Source of the DNA: Marsupella aquatica
Lineage: Eukaryota > Plantae > Marchantiophyta
DNA length: 64,000 nucleotides
Direction: 5' to 3'
Assembly: GCA_973895155.1 (NCBI GenBank)
Contig: OZ316894.1
Location: 15,306,699-15,370,698 of the forward strand
This document shows positions 46,481 to 59,800 of this stretch, one piece after another. Both the position numbers and the translations under genes were made by a program. Within the stretch, counting starts at the first letter, position 1; each line of letters opens with the position of its first letter. The notes under the pieces were generated by a model that did no database searches, was not told the origin of the DNA, and saw only the letters and a list, made by a program, of their open reading frames with translations.

Positions 46481-49400
46481 AAACTCATCTCCTGGGCCAA
46501 CAACATCTCAGATTCTACAAAATTGAGAAACTGTGAAAACTTCTTGATCTCCTATCCTGTGATTGTAGCATGTATGATTTGTTGGGACTGCAGGCAGTTC
46601 TGGACCTTGCTGCGCTTTATATACAACAACAACCTGAGCTCCATGAATTTGTTTTTAATAGACGTGCATTTGACCACGGCTACAACTCCAAAACAATCAC
46701 CAAATCAAATCATAACAAAACCCACTCGAAAGCTGAACACTAGAACACTGGGAACACACTCAAACAGGTTCTGCAAGGATGGCTCTCTGTCGGATCGGCT
46801 AGAGAATCAGGCAGGCTTCCTATTATGGTCTGCTCAGAGCCTTCCACTCTGGATTAGACTCTGAATCCAAATGCGAGTCTACGCTTTCCGTTGCTGGTCA
46901 CAACGACGGGCAATCAGGATGATGCCATGCCGAGTAGAAGAACAAGAAAGCATTCCATAAAAGGCACTGAGATGAACCGTATAGTAAAAGTGGTAGTACT
47001 TCCGGTAGCACGACCGACTCGCTATGTGATAGTCCGAAGAAAAGCTAAAAGGCTGAAAGACGATAGATTTTGTGCTCAATGTGACAGGTTTTTTGAAATG
47101 ATCAAGCCAAGGTGCAAAGGAAAACTGATTGAAGGTGACATGGGAAAGTTGTCAATGCAGGAGAAACTCTTGCCTTAGAGTAACCGTGTAACCAGGTAAC
47201 AATGCAGGAGAAACTCTTGCCTTAGAGTGCTCGACGCTCCTTCAGCTGGATAGGGGCAGCTCCAACTACACGGTCTGGTCCAATCACCGCCTGCTTTGTT
47301 ACAAGAAGGTGGACTAAGCCACAGCTGACGTCAATCACACTGTAAAAAATGGACAGATGAGCCATGTCACGAAAGCATATATAGTCATTCCTCAATATTA
47401 AATGAGACTATGAGAGGGCATATATAAGTTCACGACTAGGAAAGAGTCTCACCTTGTAGCACGGAGATTCTCAAAGCGCACCAAGATGAGTCATTGTAGC
47501 AGGTGAATGTTGGGCGGTGTCATGTAAGGCGCAAATCAATAGCTCGCTACCTCCTGTCTCCCCGTCTGTCTCCCGTGCACTTCTGCCTCCCCGTCCGGCT
47601 TCCCGTCTGTCTCCCACGTACTTAAATTGAAGTTTTAACAAAAACTGTCAACACCAAGTGCAGCAAATGCCAACATATTCACACGGCAGAGCATAAAAGT
47701 AGTCACAGTTCATGAATCAGTTCCCTATCGAATCATGGGCACTATGCCGAGCACTGCGCAAGAGACTAGGATAGACACTACAAACATGGGGACTTTTGTT
47801 TGGCAAGAAATCTGGACATCAAACCTTCAGCAATGGCAACAGGAAGCATTACATCAAACGAGAGGACATCAAATGAGCAGTCCGGTTATAGGCAAACGGC
47901 GACTGACATAGCGGAGGGAAAAAATGCGCATTGACATAGCGGACATGCGCACATTGACATAGCGGAGGGGAGAAAAACTACAAAGCCAACTAACCTTTTT
48001 AAGGCCCACAATTTCAAGGGGAGGGACAAAGAGAGCAAGCACTCCAATCTCTTCAATCCCTTCTGCAAGTAGCCGCCAAAATCTACTTCTTGGGGTCCAG
48101 CCCACGGATGGAGATCATGCAAGGTGGTCAATCACAGTAAGTGCAATCGTTGCAATCCACAAACAAGCTACAAATGAAGACACGCAGGAGGGAAAGTCCG
48201 CAACACCAACAACATTACCCTTTGTAAAACCCCGAGCTTATCTTCTAGTTGCCAACGCTCAAACAAAACCTGCTCGGACACTACCAAAACCCTAATTCCA
48301 TAAGCTCTCACCTTTGCGACACAACTCCTGCACTATATTCAGCTGGCGTTGGCCCACTCTAAGCTCCCAAGCTTCACTTTAGTCCGCGCCGCGACTAAAG
48401 TTTCACTGCCTCTGTGAGCTTCGCAGTCCACCTTACAGATCGAACAAAGCAATCACCTCCCTTCACATCCGCACTAATCACCTTTCGCAAAGAGTTGCAA
48501 TCACCTTCCGCAATACCAGGAAGCTTGCTCCCTCTCGTTCAATGCCTTCTGCAGCATGAGCGATCACCTCTGCCGAAGCAACTTCAATCGAACACACAGC
48601 AACGGGGCGAGCAGCGACAACATTGACAGTGAATGATGGACTCTACTCAAACAACCTCAAAGCTGTCACAAAAGAACGAGGAAACATTGAGGCAGAAAAC
48701 AAAGTCCCTAGCGCCAGGCAACCAAAGTATCGGGAAACCAAAGGATCGGGACCAAAGGAAGGGACGACATGCCATTCCAACAACGGGAAGGGGGAACGGG
48801 ACGCGGGAACGGGCAATTTTTTGATGGTGGGGATGGATGCCAACGATCCAATGGTCCCTAAACCCCCATCCCCTTAACATGCAACCCCCGACCCTTCACA
48901 TCAAACCCCCCCTTAACCCCCTTTAGTGAAAACCCAGCCACCCCCTAGCCTTGACATATAAACCCCCTAATGTGCTTAGGACAACTCGACTGTGGCCACA
49001 CTATGTTTGCAATGCCAGGGTCATCCATTTAGAGCGCCGCTTGCAAGCTTTGGCTCTCAAGATCCTCCCAAGGCAGCAAACAAGTTAGGGTTCACGGTCC
49101 ATGTTCCTTTACCCTAAACCGTTGCGTCACTATTTCAATCGAGTGTTCTTCGGCTGGACGTGCCCCTTTACTGACCCACACCCCCTTGAGACCGGTACAA
49201 ATCTACCTTTGTGCATCTCGGCCTTTTATAGATGGATTTAGTAATGGCCAAGAATATGTTGACCATCCCTCTGTAGTCCACCCTCCATGAACCTCACTTC
49301 ATTAAACCCAAAATCTTTTTGGTCACAAAATAAGGCCATTTAATGAGTTATGCCCCTTGCTATCACCCTCTTTATAGAATTACCCCTCCTCAGCATAAGT

Positions 49401-50890
49401 GGTCATTACCCATGATGTGCTAGACTATTCATCCTTCACAAAGTAGCAAGGTTACTTTTCATAGTCTTTTAGTGAACCATAAAACACTAATAGTCTTTTG
49501 TAGTCTTCAACAAAACCGGTGCAATGGGTATGAGTTGTTTTAAGTATGGAAAAAGGACTTAGTGGGCTTAGTCCTATAAGGTATGGTCTAAATTGCCCCG
49601 GTTTCTACTAGTGCATGCACAACAGCAAGAACCTTCGGGGATGTCATTCACTTGCATTGCACAACTCTGAAAGGAATAGAGAGGTTATGGAGGAGCAAGA
49701 GGCACTCACAAAGTGTGACTTGAGGCCGGGGAGCCCGCCTTGACCCAACTTGTGGACTGGATTGGGGGTGGATTTCACTTGTCACTTGCCTCTCCAACGG
49801 TTAATACGTGCAAACCGCACTTTTCTTCGCTTAAACCGTTGGTATCGTATTACGGGGTCGTGGAGGGACGCTATTTGGATTCTTTTCACACCAGGATGAG
49901 TATTTTGGTTTCCGCTCCCGGAAATGTAGGTTTTGATCAAGTCTACCGACTACCCTCACCCCACAGCTTTTGATCAAGTCCTGCCGACTACCCCACTACA
50001 CCTTCACTCGGAGTCACCCAAAGAGTGTTGTCACCACCCCTACTCACAAGGCCGACTCAAACCAAGCAAGTTTCTTCAAATCATAGAACGGGAGAACACA
50101 ATTCGGAAAGCGAAAAAGGGAGAAGGAACACACAACAAAAGCCCATCAAGTCAAATGTACAGATCCATATCTCTTGGGAAAAACGATACACATTGCATGA
50201 GTAACCCGGCCTCCTGCCGTCTACTCAACTCCTGCCTCTCCGGACAATGAGTATGGCTCCCCCTCACTACTCTGAACACGCTTTCAAACTCCTCAGGCTC
50301 CACTCTATCCCTCCTTGCTAACTTCACACTGAGTCCCCCTAACTACTTCGGGGCTATCCCCCTAAATACTGAAAAATCACACCAAAGCACCCCTCACAGG
50401 GTCACAACGGTGGTGGCTACCCTAGCGGCGCCGCTAAAACCTTGCACTAAGAGAAATCCTTAAACTGAAGAGGAGCATGCGGCACACACATGCTGCTAAA
50501 ACCCTAAACCCAAAACAAGGGGGCCGACGGTGCCTTCGACGGCGCCCCAACAGTACACGTGAACCCTGAAAGTGAGAGGCACCCCAAAATGGCCGAAACT
50601 AGGTGCCCTTCCAAGTGCACACCTGAGCTCACCCCTGGATAGCTCTTCTTTTCCTGCTTCCGAATCACTAAGTCGCTCCCTCAACGGACTTCAGACGCCT
50701 GAGTTATGGCCGTTTCCGTACCGCAAAAACATAAGTTCTCCAGGCCATAACTTGCTCATCCTGGCTCCGTTTGAGGAGCGCCGCCTCTTGTTGGAATCAG
50801 CTCCGCGAGCTCATCCCAACAAGCCCATGAGTGACCCCCCACTAAAATGTTGGAAATCTGGAGGCCGTACACCCACGTCCGTACGCCTAT

Positions 50891-52747
50891 CTAATCCTCC
50901 TCTTCTTCTTCGCTCTCGGTGCCCGGACTTGTGCCCCGTGAGTGGTCCTCCTCCTCATCACTCACGGGAGTGAGTGCCACCGTACTTTTCTTCTTCTTCG
51001 ACGGAGTACTCTTAGTGCTGCTGCTCCCGCGCTTCCTCAAAGCAGCCAAGGCCTGCCACGCCTTGATGTACCCCTCACCAATTGTGTCCTTCCAGAGGGT
51101 AGCCTCTTCTCCGGACCGCAACTCCAACGGTAGAACTTGCCCCGTGGCCATGGGAGTCCCGGGGGTGACAGACCTGGGTGGCATCCCCGTACTGACCTGA
51201 GCCTCCCGTAACGATTTCCGTACCTCCCGGAGCTTCTTCTCCAAGCTCTTACTCTTCTCCTGACTCTTCTTGGCTCCATCCAACAAGGGTCCATACTTCC
51301 CACTAACCTCCTTCACCACCATCTCGATAGCTTGGGAGATCACATCCGGGGAAAGTGTGGAGCCAGGTGTGCCGGGACTCTTCCGTTTCCCTAGACTCAG
51401 GGCCTCACTTCTCTTCGCTCGTGTCTCAAAGGCTGCCACCTGACTCCGTAGTGCTCCCACCTGGTTCCTCCACTCCATCACTTCTCCAGAATTTTGCTTC
51501 TCTTTGGCCAATGCTTGCCTCAACGCTCCTACTTCTTCTGCTTCCTTGGCCTTGGTGGACAAAGCTCCCTTCAAGTTGGTGATCTCTACGTGAGCTGCAT
51601 TGATGTGCCTGACCTTCTCATGAATGGTCTGCTCCTTGGTCTTGATCACCTCCTTCAGTGACAGGATGCTCTGCTCTAACGTCTCTACTTTGACTGTGGC
51701 GTGCTTGAGAGACTCCCTCAATGCGTGGACTAGCTTGAGTCCCTCGTGGACTCCCTCTCTGAAATCCCGTAGCTCTGCCAAGTAAACATCCGGAATGTTG
51801 TATTCCAGAGGCTGTTTCGGATCTCCCACGAGTGATTCAAGCCACTCCAATGTGCAATCATCCTCCTGGTTCTCTTCTTCTCTATTATCCTCCCCACCAG
51901 CAGACAATGATTCCTCCGTGAGCTTCCCTAAAACGGTAGTGGCAATACTCCGGATCTCCGTGGTGAGAGATGATCCCGTGTCTTCATGCCCCGGAGAACC
52001 AATCAACCCTTCTGCCCTGGCCAATACAAATGACCCCATCAAATGTACAGCCCCACCTGGTTTCACACTCCCGGGCTCAGCGGCCAATAGCTTCTTCAAT
52101 CCGTAGCACCACCATCCGTACACATGGGCTGGGTAGTTCTTGATGTCCATAGCTACCACGAAATGCTCCTCATTCAGCACTCCGGATTGCACGTTGCCAA
52201 GAACCCGTTGATGCACCTTGGCCAGGAAGCCCTTATACTCAACATCCTTGACAGCAGAAAGAGGGATGGCGGTGGTGGAGGTAGGATTGGTCACCCAAGT
52301 GGCCACCATTTTCAACGTGAGTTCTCCCCTGATATTCCGAGGTGTGAATGAGAATTTCTGATTCTCAAGAAACAATAGCTTAGCCAACTCCACATGGGGC
52401 ACTACACGTTTGAGACATTCAAAGTAGATTCCCTCCGTTCGGAACTCCATCCCGGCCTCAATGTCCCAGCTCTTCCCTGAAGGGATGGTAATCTCCACCT
52501 TCATGAATTCTGTAAGCCCGGTGGCTTGGAAAATGTTCCGACAATCCTCCATCACCTTGGTGGAGGTCTTGGGATAAATTCGACGAAAAATCTTCCTACC
52601 CACCGGTGAGGAACCCGCTGCCAATCCCGTGCTCATCATAACTTCTCTCTCTTCCCTTTCCCGTGTAATCCGAGTCTCCACGTAGTCACGGTAAGCAGCC
52701 TTGTATCTCCGAATGCGTGACGCACTAAACTCTGGTTGATCTAGCAT
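50891..52747 (-). CDS. 618-aa accessory protein (globular N-terminus, coiled coil, basic/acidic tail) within the terminal repeat
   Basis: Long intact ORF; heptad region LKHATVKVETLEQSILSLKEVIK; KKKK NLS-like motif; no TM segment evident. Confidence 0.8.
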   Translation of the reverse strand: MLDQPEFSASRIRRYKAAYRDYVETRITREREEREVMMSTGLAAGSSPVGRKIFRRIYPKTSTKVMEDCRNIFQATGLTEFMKVEITIPSGKSWDIEAGMEFRTEGIYFECLKRVVPHVELAKLLFLENQKFSFTPRNIRGELTLKMVATWVTNPTSTTAIPLSAVKDVEYKGFLAKVHQRVLGNVQSGVLNEEHFVVAMDIKNYPAHVYGWWCYGLKKLLAAEPGSVKPGGAVHLMGSFVLARAEGLIGSPGHEDTGSSLTTEIRSIATTVLGKLTEESLSAGGEDNREEENQEDDCTLEWLESLVGDPKQPLEYNIPDVYLAELRDFREGVHEGLKLVHALRESLKHATVKVETLEQSILSLKEVIKTKEQTIHEKVRHINAAHVEITNLKGALSTKAKEAEEVGALRQALAKEKQNSGEVMEWRNQVGALRSQVAAFETRAKRSEALSLGKRKSPGTPGSTLSPDVISQAIEMVVKEVSGKYGPLLDGAKKSQEKSKSLEKKLREVRKSLREAQVSTGMPPRSVTPGTPMATGQVLPLELRSGEEATLWKDTIGEGYIKAWQALAALRKRGSSSTKSTPSKKKKSTVALTPVSDEEEDHSRGTSPGTESEEEEED

Positions 52748-53180
52748 CCATGCATCCCGAAATCAATTTCTCAATCACCAATCCCGTCACCCGTGGCAAT
52801 GTCAATTCCCTGGCCCGAAACAGCCCCCGTAGCCCGATCACTTAAATTCTCTCAATTTCCCGTCACTACTCCGTGCGGCCGCCACTAATGCCTGGAAGAA
52901 TGACGCCAGCAAGCCCCACTAATCCACCATGAAAGAGAGAGCTTCAAAAATAATTAGAATCTGGAGAGAGCTTCCGGCAAGAGAGAGAAGAACCCCGTTT
53001 TTGCTTTCGGCAATGAGAGGGTCGTGCAAAAGGAAGAGGGAAAGAAAAAGGAAGGAAAAAAAAATAGAACCGAAAAAACTCCTGGCGCCTTCGCCATGCG
53101 CCCCGGCCCATTTCTCGGGCCTTACCCTTGCGTCCTCCTGCGCGCGGCCCTATGCAGGGCGCGCGGCCATTCCTCCCGGC

Positions 53181-53421
53181 TCGCGGGAGGCCCTTCAACT
53201 CCCCCCCGCTCGCGTGATCCTCCCAGCTCGCGGGAGGCCCTTTAACTCCCCCCCGCTCGCGTGATCCTCCCAGCTCGCGGGAGGCCCTTTAACTCCCCCC
53301 CGCTCGCGTGATCCTCCCAGCTCGCGGGAGGCCCTTTAACTCCCCCCCGCTCGCGTGATCCTCCCAGCTCGCGGGAGGCCCTTTAACTCCCCCCCGCTCG
53401 CGTGATCCTCCCAGCTCGCGG
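53181..53421. repeat. GC-rich tandem repeat, 47-bp unit, about 5 copies (also begins at 63920)
   Basis: tcgcgggaggccctttaactcccccccgctcgcgtgatcctcccagc at 53181, 53228, 53275, 53322 and 53369. Confidence 0.92.
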
Positions 53422-53864
53422 GACCTCATTAATTGCCCGGGCACGCAGCCCTATGGGCTCGCAAGGCAGCCCCTTCAGCTCGCGGAGCCCCATTAATCGC
53501 CCGGGCACGCAGCCCTATGGGCTCGCGAGGCAGCCCCTCTTTCTCTCGGACGGCCACTAATGGGACTCGCCCTCCTGAGGAGGGATTTATTTAAAAAAAA
53601 ACCCCCCCCTCTCCTGACTTTGCAATGGGGGTCTCAACAATAGCTCTTGAAGCAAAACGGTAAGTCCTATGGGGCTGGTCCTGGCTAGTTTCAAGGTCCC
53701 AAAATATTTGCCCACTTAGGTCGCCGCAAATCTTAGAACTATTATGAGAGAAAGAATATAAAGTCACCTGGGGCATCATCAACCTATAATGACGGAATTA
53801 ACTAAAAATTAAAAAATGGCTTATTTACATTGACTATTAACAAGGTATCGGCCTTTGCAACCAG

Positions 53865-56800
53865 TTATGTGTGACTTCCCGTGACGGGGTACCCGTCACA
53901 TAGCTCCTCTCTTAATTGCGAAGCGCCCCCGCGAGCACCATACTCTTCCTCCGTGTAGTACTTCTTTAGGCGCTCTTGATTGATCCGTGTGTTGAGTAGT
54001 TGCCCCTCCAATGTCTTGAGTTGAACCGAGCCGTTGGAGTAGACGGCATCCACTACGTAGGGTCCCATCCACCGTGTATGCAACTTCCCGGGGAAATGCA
54101 TGAAGCGGCTATCGTAGAGGAGCACCAAATCTCCCTCCTCAATGGACACACGACGGAGACGGGAATCGTAATGTGACTTGCGTTTGCCTTGCTCCTGCTC
54201 CGTATGTGTCAAAGCCTCTTCTCGTGTCTCCGTGAGTTGCTCCAACTGTTGGATCCGTGAAGCGACACTTTCTTCTGCCCCTTCCCTTTCCCGTGTTAGG
54301 ATTCGAATGGTTGGAACCTCAAATTCCACCGGCACAAGAGAGTGTTGTCCAAACACAAGGAAATAGGGGCTGTGGCCCGTGGTAGTCTTGTGAGCCAGGT
54401 TGTAAGCGTAAGTGGCAGCCAACAACTTCAAATCCCAATCGGTCTTGTGAGCGGATACCATTTTGTTGAGGATCTTGCCCATGATCCCGTTGGCTCTCTC
54501 AGTGAGCCCGTTGGCTCGAGGGTGGTACGGAGTGGTCTTCCTATGTGAGATCAAGTAGTTCTCCGTCAAACGTTCAATCGTATGATTGAGGAAGTGAGTA
54601 CCCCTGTCACTTACCAACTCCAATGGTGGACCAAATCGTGTAAAAATCTGCTCATACAAAAAACGTGCCGTGGTGTTGGCATCATCCTTGGCAGTAGCTC
54701 GGGCCTCCACCCACTTGGTGGCATAGTCCGTTGCAAGAATGATGTAGCGCTTCCTCCCTCTTCGTGTGATGGGAGTGAAAGGGCCAATGAAGTCCACCCC
54801 CCACTTCTCAAAGGGTGCAAGAGGAAGTATGGGCACCAATGGGTGTCGTGAGGAGGGCCCTGGTTTGCCTTGACGCTGGCACGGATCACATCGCTGGATG
54901 TACCGGTGTACATCCCGAAAGAGAGTTGGCCACCAATATCCAGCATCTAGTATTTTCCTTGCGGTGGTCTCCCGTGCAAAGTGGCCACCAGCTTCCTCCT
55001 CATGTAATGCTGCCATGACTGTACGTATCTCCGCTTCCTCCAAACAACGACGAAGTCGGCCATCCATGCCGTACTTGTGAAGTACTCCCTTCACAAGCAA
55101 GTAGGGACCTGTCTTACGCAAAAACACTGCTGCTCTCTCCGGGCCCAAACGTGAGGGAACTCTAGCCGTGCGGAGAAATTCCAAAATTTCTCCATACCAA
55201 GTAGTGGCCTCTGTATTCACGCTGAACACTTCCTCATCCGGGAACCGATCATCAATCTCCTGGGAGTCAGATGCTCCCTCAATACGGGAGAAGAAGTCTG
55301 CATTGCTATGACTCTTCCCCGATCTTACTCTCACCTCATAGTTGAACTCTTGTAGCAACAAAACCCAACGTGCAATTCTCCCGGACAGATCTAGCTTGTT
55401 GACCATGTATTTCAAGCTGTTGTGATCCGTGTGGAACACAACCTTGTACCCCAACAAATAATGACGATACTTCTTACAAGCGTAGATGATACCAAGTGCC
55501 TCCCTATCGGTGGGTGAGTAGTTTTTCTCTGCCGGGGCCAACTGCCTACTGGCAAAGTAGATGGGATGGTCTCTTCCATCATCATCTAACTGACTCAAAA
55601 CGGCACCGATGCAAAATCCTGATACGTCTACGTAAACATGGAATTCCTTATTCCAATTGGGCGTAATGAGCACGGGGGCCTCTAGCAATCGTTTCTTCAA
55701 TTCATCAAAAGCAGCCTGACGGGAAGGAGTAGGTTCAAACTCACTTCCTTTTTTCAACATGGAAGTGAGTGGCATGGCTACCTTGGCAAAGTCTTTGATG
55801 AAGCGTCGGTAGTAGCCAACACACCCCAAGAACCCTCTCACTTCCTTCACATTCTTGGGAAATGAGACTGCTACCCACACGGCGACCTTCTCACGATCAA
55901 CTTCAATCCCTCGTGCAGACACTTTGTGGCCCAATAGGATTCCCTCCTCAATTCCAAAGAAACATTTCTCCGGATGCAGCTTCAGGCAAGTCTCCCGGCA
56001 CCGCTGAAAAGTCAACCGTAAGTGTTCCGGATGCTTGACTCGTTTGCCGTAGACAGCAAAGTCATCAATAAAGATCTCCAAGAACCTGCGTAAAAAGTCA
56101 TGAAATATATTCATCATGAGCCGTTGGAACATGCCAGGGGCATTGCACAACCCAAAAGGCATTCTCCGGAATGCAAAAATCCCCCACTCTGTTGTGAAAG
56201 CCGTCTTGAGTTGGTCCTCCTCCCGTATCCAGATTTGGTTGTACCCAGAGTAGCCATCCAAGAAGCTGTATATCTCCCAACCTGCTACCATGTCCAACAC
56301 GATATCCGTGAACGGTAGCGGGTAGTGATCCTTCTTGGTCGCATCATTCAACTTTCGAAAATCTTGGCACACCCGTATTTTCACCTTCCCGTCTGGCCCC
56401 TTTTTCTTGGGCACGATTACGATGGGTGACACCCACTCACTATGCATGACCGGATAAATGAATCCTGCATCCAACAAACGGTCAATCTCCTCCTTCACCA
56501 TGAGTGAGTATTTGGGGTTGAGGCGGTATTGGCGTTGCCTCACAGGTCGTGCTCCTGACATCAGGTCAATGCTGTGCTCACCAAACTCAGGTGGCACTCC
56601 TTTCAAATCTTGGTGGCTCCACGCAAATATGTCTTGGTACTCTTTCAACAATTCCTGAATCGTGCGTTGCTCCGTAGCATCCAACTTACTACCAATGTTG
56701 AGTGTCTTGCCCTCACCCACTTCCACCTTTGTGTACTGCTCCGGCCTGATCACGTCCAACTTGTTGCGTGTCTCCTCATCAAAGGTTTCTTCCAACCGTG

Positions 56801-59800
56801 CGAGCCTCATCCCTCCATACACCGGTGCATCACTCTCCTCCTGGTCTGGTCGGGATGGAGGTGGATCCTTTGTCACATGGGCCATTATTTCTTCAACGTC
56901 AGATTCTTTGTAATGTGACAATAGCTCCTCTCTAAAGTCATCATCCAGGATGTCATTCAAAAACTGCTCTCTTTGCTCATCATCAAACATGATCGTGTGG
57001 GCTTGCATTTCCACCTCCTCGGGGTGATCCTCTGCCTCCCTATCATGAATCTCTAGAGGTTCAGCCTCCACAATTTTGCTTCGCTCGTCTTCCATCTCTT
57101 CTAGAACAGCGTGCACTTGGCTAACTGATTCCTCTACTGCATGCTCTTGAGTAGCAACTCCGGGGCCAAAAACATCTTCCTCCGTGAGGTGAGAAATCAG
57201 TTTCACCATGTATACTTCATCCTCGTCTTCATCTGAGGTGACCTCTGAATCATATTCCTCCTCCATAGTCGTAGTCTCCCCGTGAGGTGACTCCGCTGAC
57301 CATGGAATAGTGATAGTGGGGATACCAAACCGAAACTGCCGTTTGCCCCAATCACTTGTGACCTTGGCCACATACAACCATGGCCTGCCAATTAAAATGG
57401 GAAAACCGTACGGCCGAACGGGTCGCATCACCAAATAGTTGAGGGGGAAAGATTTTCCCCCAATCATTGTTGGAATCTTGGTGAGACACCCCAACGGCAC
57501 CACCCATGCACCATCAGCCAACCTCATGGCACGTGCCGGTGGTTCTAACTCTGTATACCCCAACCGGTTTGCCGTCTCCTCAGTCATGATGTTGACTCCC
57601 GAGCCCCCGTCCACCGGTACAAACCGTATTGCACATCCATTGATGTCCACCGTGAGTTCTGGGGCACCCAAATCCTCCGTGACCCAGTTGACTTGTATGG
57701 GGTCAGCCCCAACTTTGGGTAACCTTCTTCTACGTCTCCTCCTCATGAGAATCTCCTTGACTTGGCGACGGTATAGGGAGCTATCCCGTAATAGTTGACC
57801 AATTGTGGCACTGACTGGGCAATCCAGAATGTCTTGAGCAATGTTGTACGCGGTTGCAGGAGGTATGGGTGGGATGACCTCTTCTCCCGGTTTCCAACGA
57901 ACAACCCTCTCCTCCGCTTTCTTTCTGGCCTTTGCCTCCTCCATGTCTTTGTCAATGGCCGCTTGCATGGCTTGTGCTTCTAGCTCCTCCAACTGCTTAC
58001 GTACCTCTTCTCCCACCTTCGGATAGAACAACTTGGGGTTGTCCCGATCAAAGTCACTATCCTCCATGGGTGGCACCTCCGGTTCGTGTGAGGTACCCGA
58101 TGTGGAAGCTTGATGCACCTCCTTGTACTTCTGCTTGAGCTCGGACTTGCCCTTCTTTTTGCCGGATCGAGTGGAGACTCGGTAACAAGAGTAATGCCTT
58201 CTCTCCTCGTCGCTGTCTTCCTCCGGTAGATTCTCAGCATGAGTCCACTCATGACTTGGGGGTGAGGGGTTAGCAACTTCAACTTCCGTAGATGTTGCAA
58301 CAACAACCACCGGTATCTCAACAACTGGAGATACTACAACGACTAGCGGTACCACCTCCTCCGTTATGGTGGTCATCCTTTGCTTGGGAATGTTCACTAC
58401 GGTTTCTTCTCTTCTAGTGATTAGAGGGGTGTCGACTGCTTCCGTGGTGAGAAAGTTGACGCTAGCTTCTTTCAGAGGAGGTGGCGGCCCCTTCTTCTCT
58501 TGTGCCCCAATCGGTTGAGCCTTGAACGCCTCCAAGGTTGGGCAGTGTGGTGCAAGATGACCCTCCCCCTTGCATAGTTGACACAGCCGGGCAAAATCTC
58601 CATTGCCTTGACGGGTGGGCTCTGGGCACACATTAGCGTAGTGGCCCGCCACTCTACAATTGTAACAAATAGGGATCTTCCTCACTCCAGGGTACGGTGG
58701 TCGATTCCCTGGGTTAGCGTTGGGATAGTTGGAGTATGCGGGTGCTCCGGCGTTTGTTGAAACTCCATGAATGCTCCGTGGTCCCGGGTTGAGAGGTTGT
58801 ACACTATACACGTTGGCCTCTGGTGGCTCCTCCATGAAGTACTCTATTGGCCCTTCCGCTGCATATGAAGGATTTGAGTAGCTTGCCCCCTCAACATCCT
58901 CCTCCCGTACTTGGAAAACCTTGGCTGGTTCTCCCGCTGGGCACTCCTTCGGGGCATGACCAAACTTCATGCACTTGGTGCACCACACATTGGCTCTCTC
59001 CACCGGAACTTTTCTCCTCTCAGGTTTGAGTCCGGCAAAATGTACTTTCAACGCTTTCATTTGCTCCGTCAGCTCATCATATCTGGCCTCTTGCTCCTTC
59101 AGGCGTCTTGCCGTAGACAATGGTGTAACGGCCACCGTGGGTAGTATCACTTCACGGTGAGAGGACTTCTTGACTTTCTTTGACAACTTCTTCTTCTTCC
59201 TCCTTCGTCTTTCAGCTTCTGACTCCGTAGTGTCTGACTCTGTAGTACTCTCAGAATCCTCAGATTCATCACTACTATCTGAATCAGATCCACTCGACTC
59301 CTCACTGGAGGAACTGTCAACCGGCTTCAGCTTCTTTCTTCGGCAACGCTTGCTTGTGGCATCAGCTGCGGTGTATGACTCCGCTGCTGCAATAGCTTCA
59401 GCCAATGTGGTTGGCTTGGCTTGACGTACAAAGAACCCCATCTTGCTTGGTAGGGCAGCCACAAACCAGGCTTGACGCATAGCATCATCGGTACGGGCTT
59501 GGATCCGACGTACCAGCTTTTGGAACCTTTGCAAAAACCTCCGTAATGACTCCTTCTTCTTCATCCTGAGTTGGCCCACCTTTAATAGTGAGGTGGCCTC
59601 CACTCCTATGGATCTGAACTCCTTCAAGAAGGCTTGCTTGAACAGAGCCCAATCAGCTTTCACGTTGGCCAACAACGAAATGAACCATGGACCTGCCTCC
59701 CCTCTCATCATTCCAGGAATGATAGTGAGCTTATGTGCAGACTCCCCATTAGCTTCGGCAATCCCTTCAAACTCCTCAATCCATTCGTCTGGATCATCCT

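Larger units (their letters stand above)
27657..49613 (-). mobile_element. Complete CACTA (En/Spm) DNA transposon with cargo genes
   Basis: TIRs cactagtagaaaccgggg..tttagacc and ggtctaaa..ccccggtttctactagtg; 3-bp TSD CAT on both sides; agtc/gact-rich subterminal repeats; TnpD- and TnpA-like genes inside. Confidence 0.96.
49780..53900 (-). repeat. Terminal repeat copy 1 (putative ~4.1-kb 3' LTR)
   Basis: Matches 60519-64000 over at least 49780-53261 with about three visible substitutions. Candidate inner boundary at 53900 (minus strand aagagaggag-cta-TGTGAC). Confidence 0.65.

Noticed and set aside
46891-47178. 95-aa plus-strand basic ORF with CAQC
   Set aside because: Opposite strand to the other cargo, TTG start in the track, ends in a local 29-bp duplication, no recognisable family.
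50891-52747. env-like gene call for the 618-aa ORF
   Set aside because: No signal peptide or transmembrane segment is evident; it looks like a nuclear coiled-coil protein.
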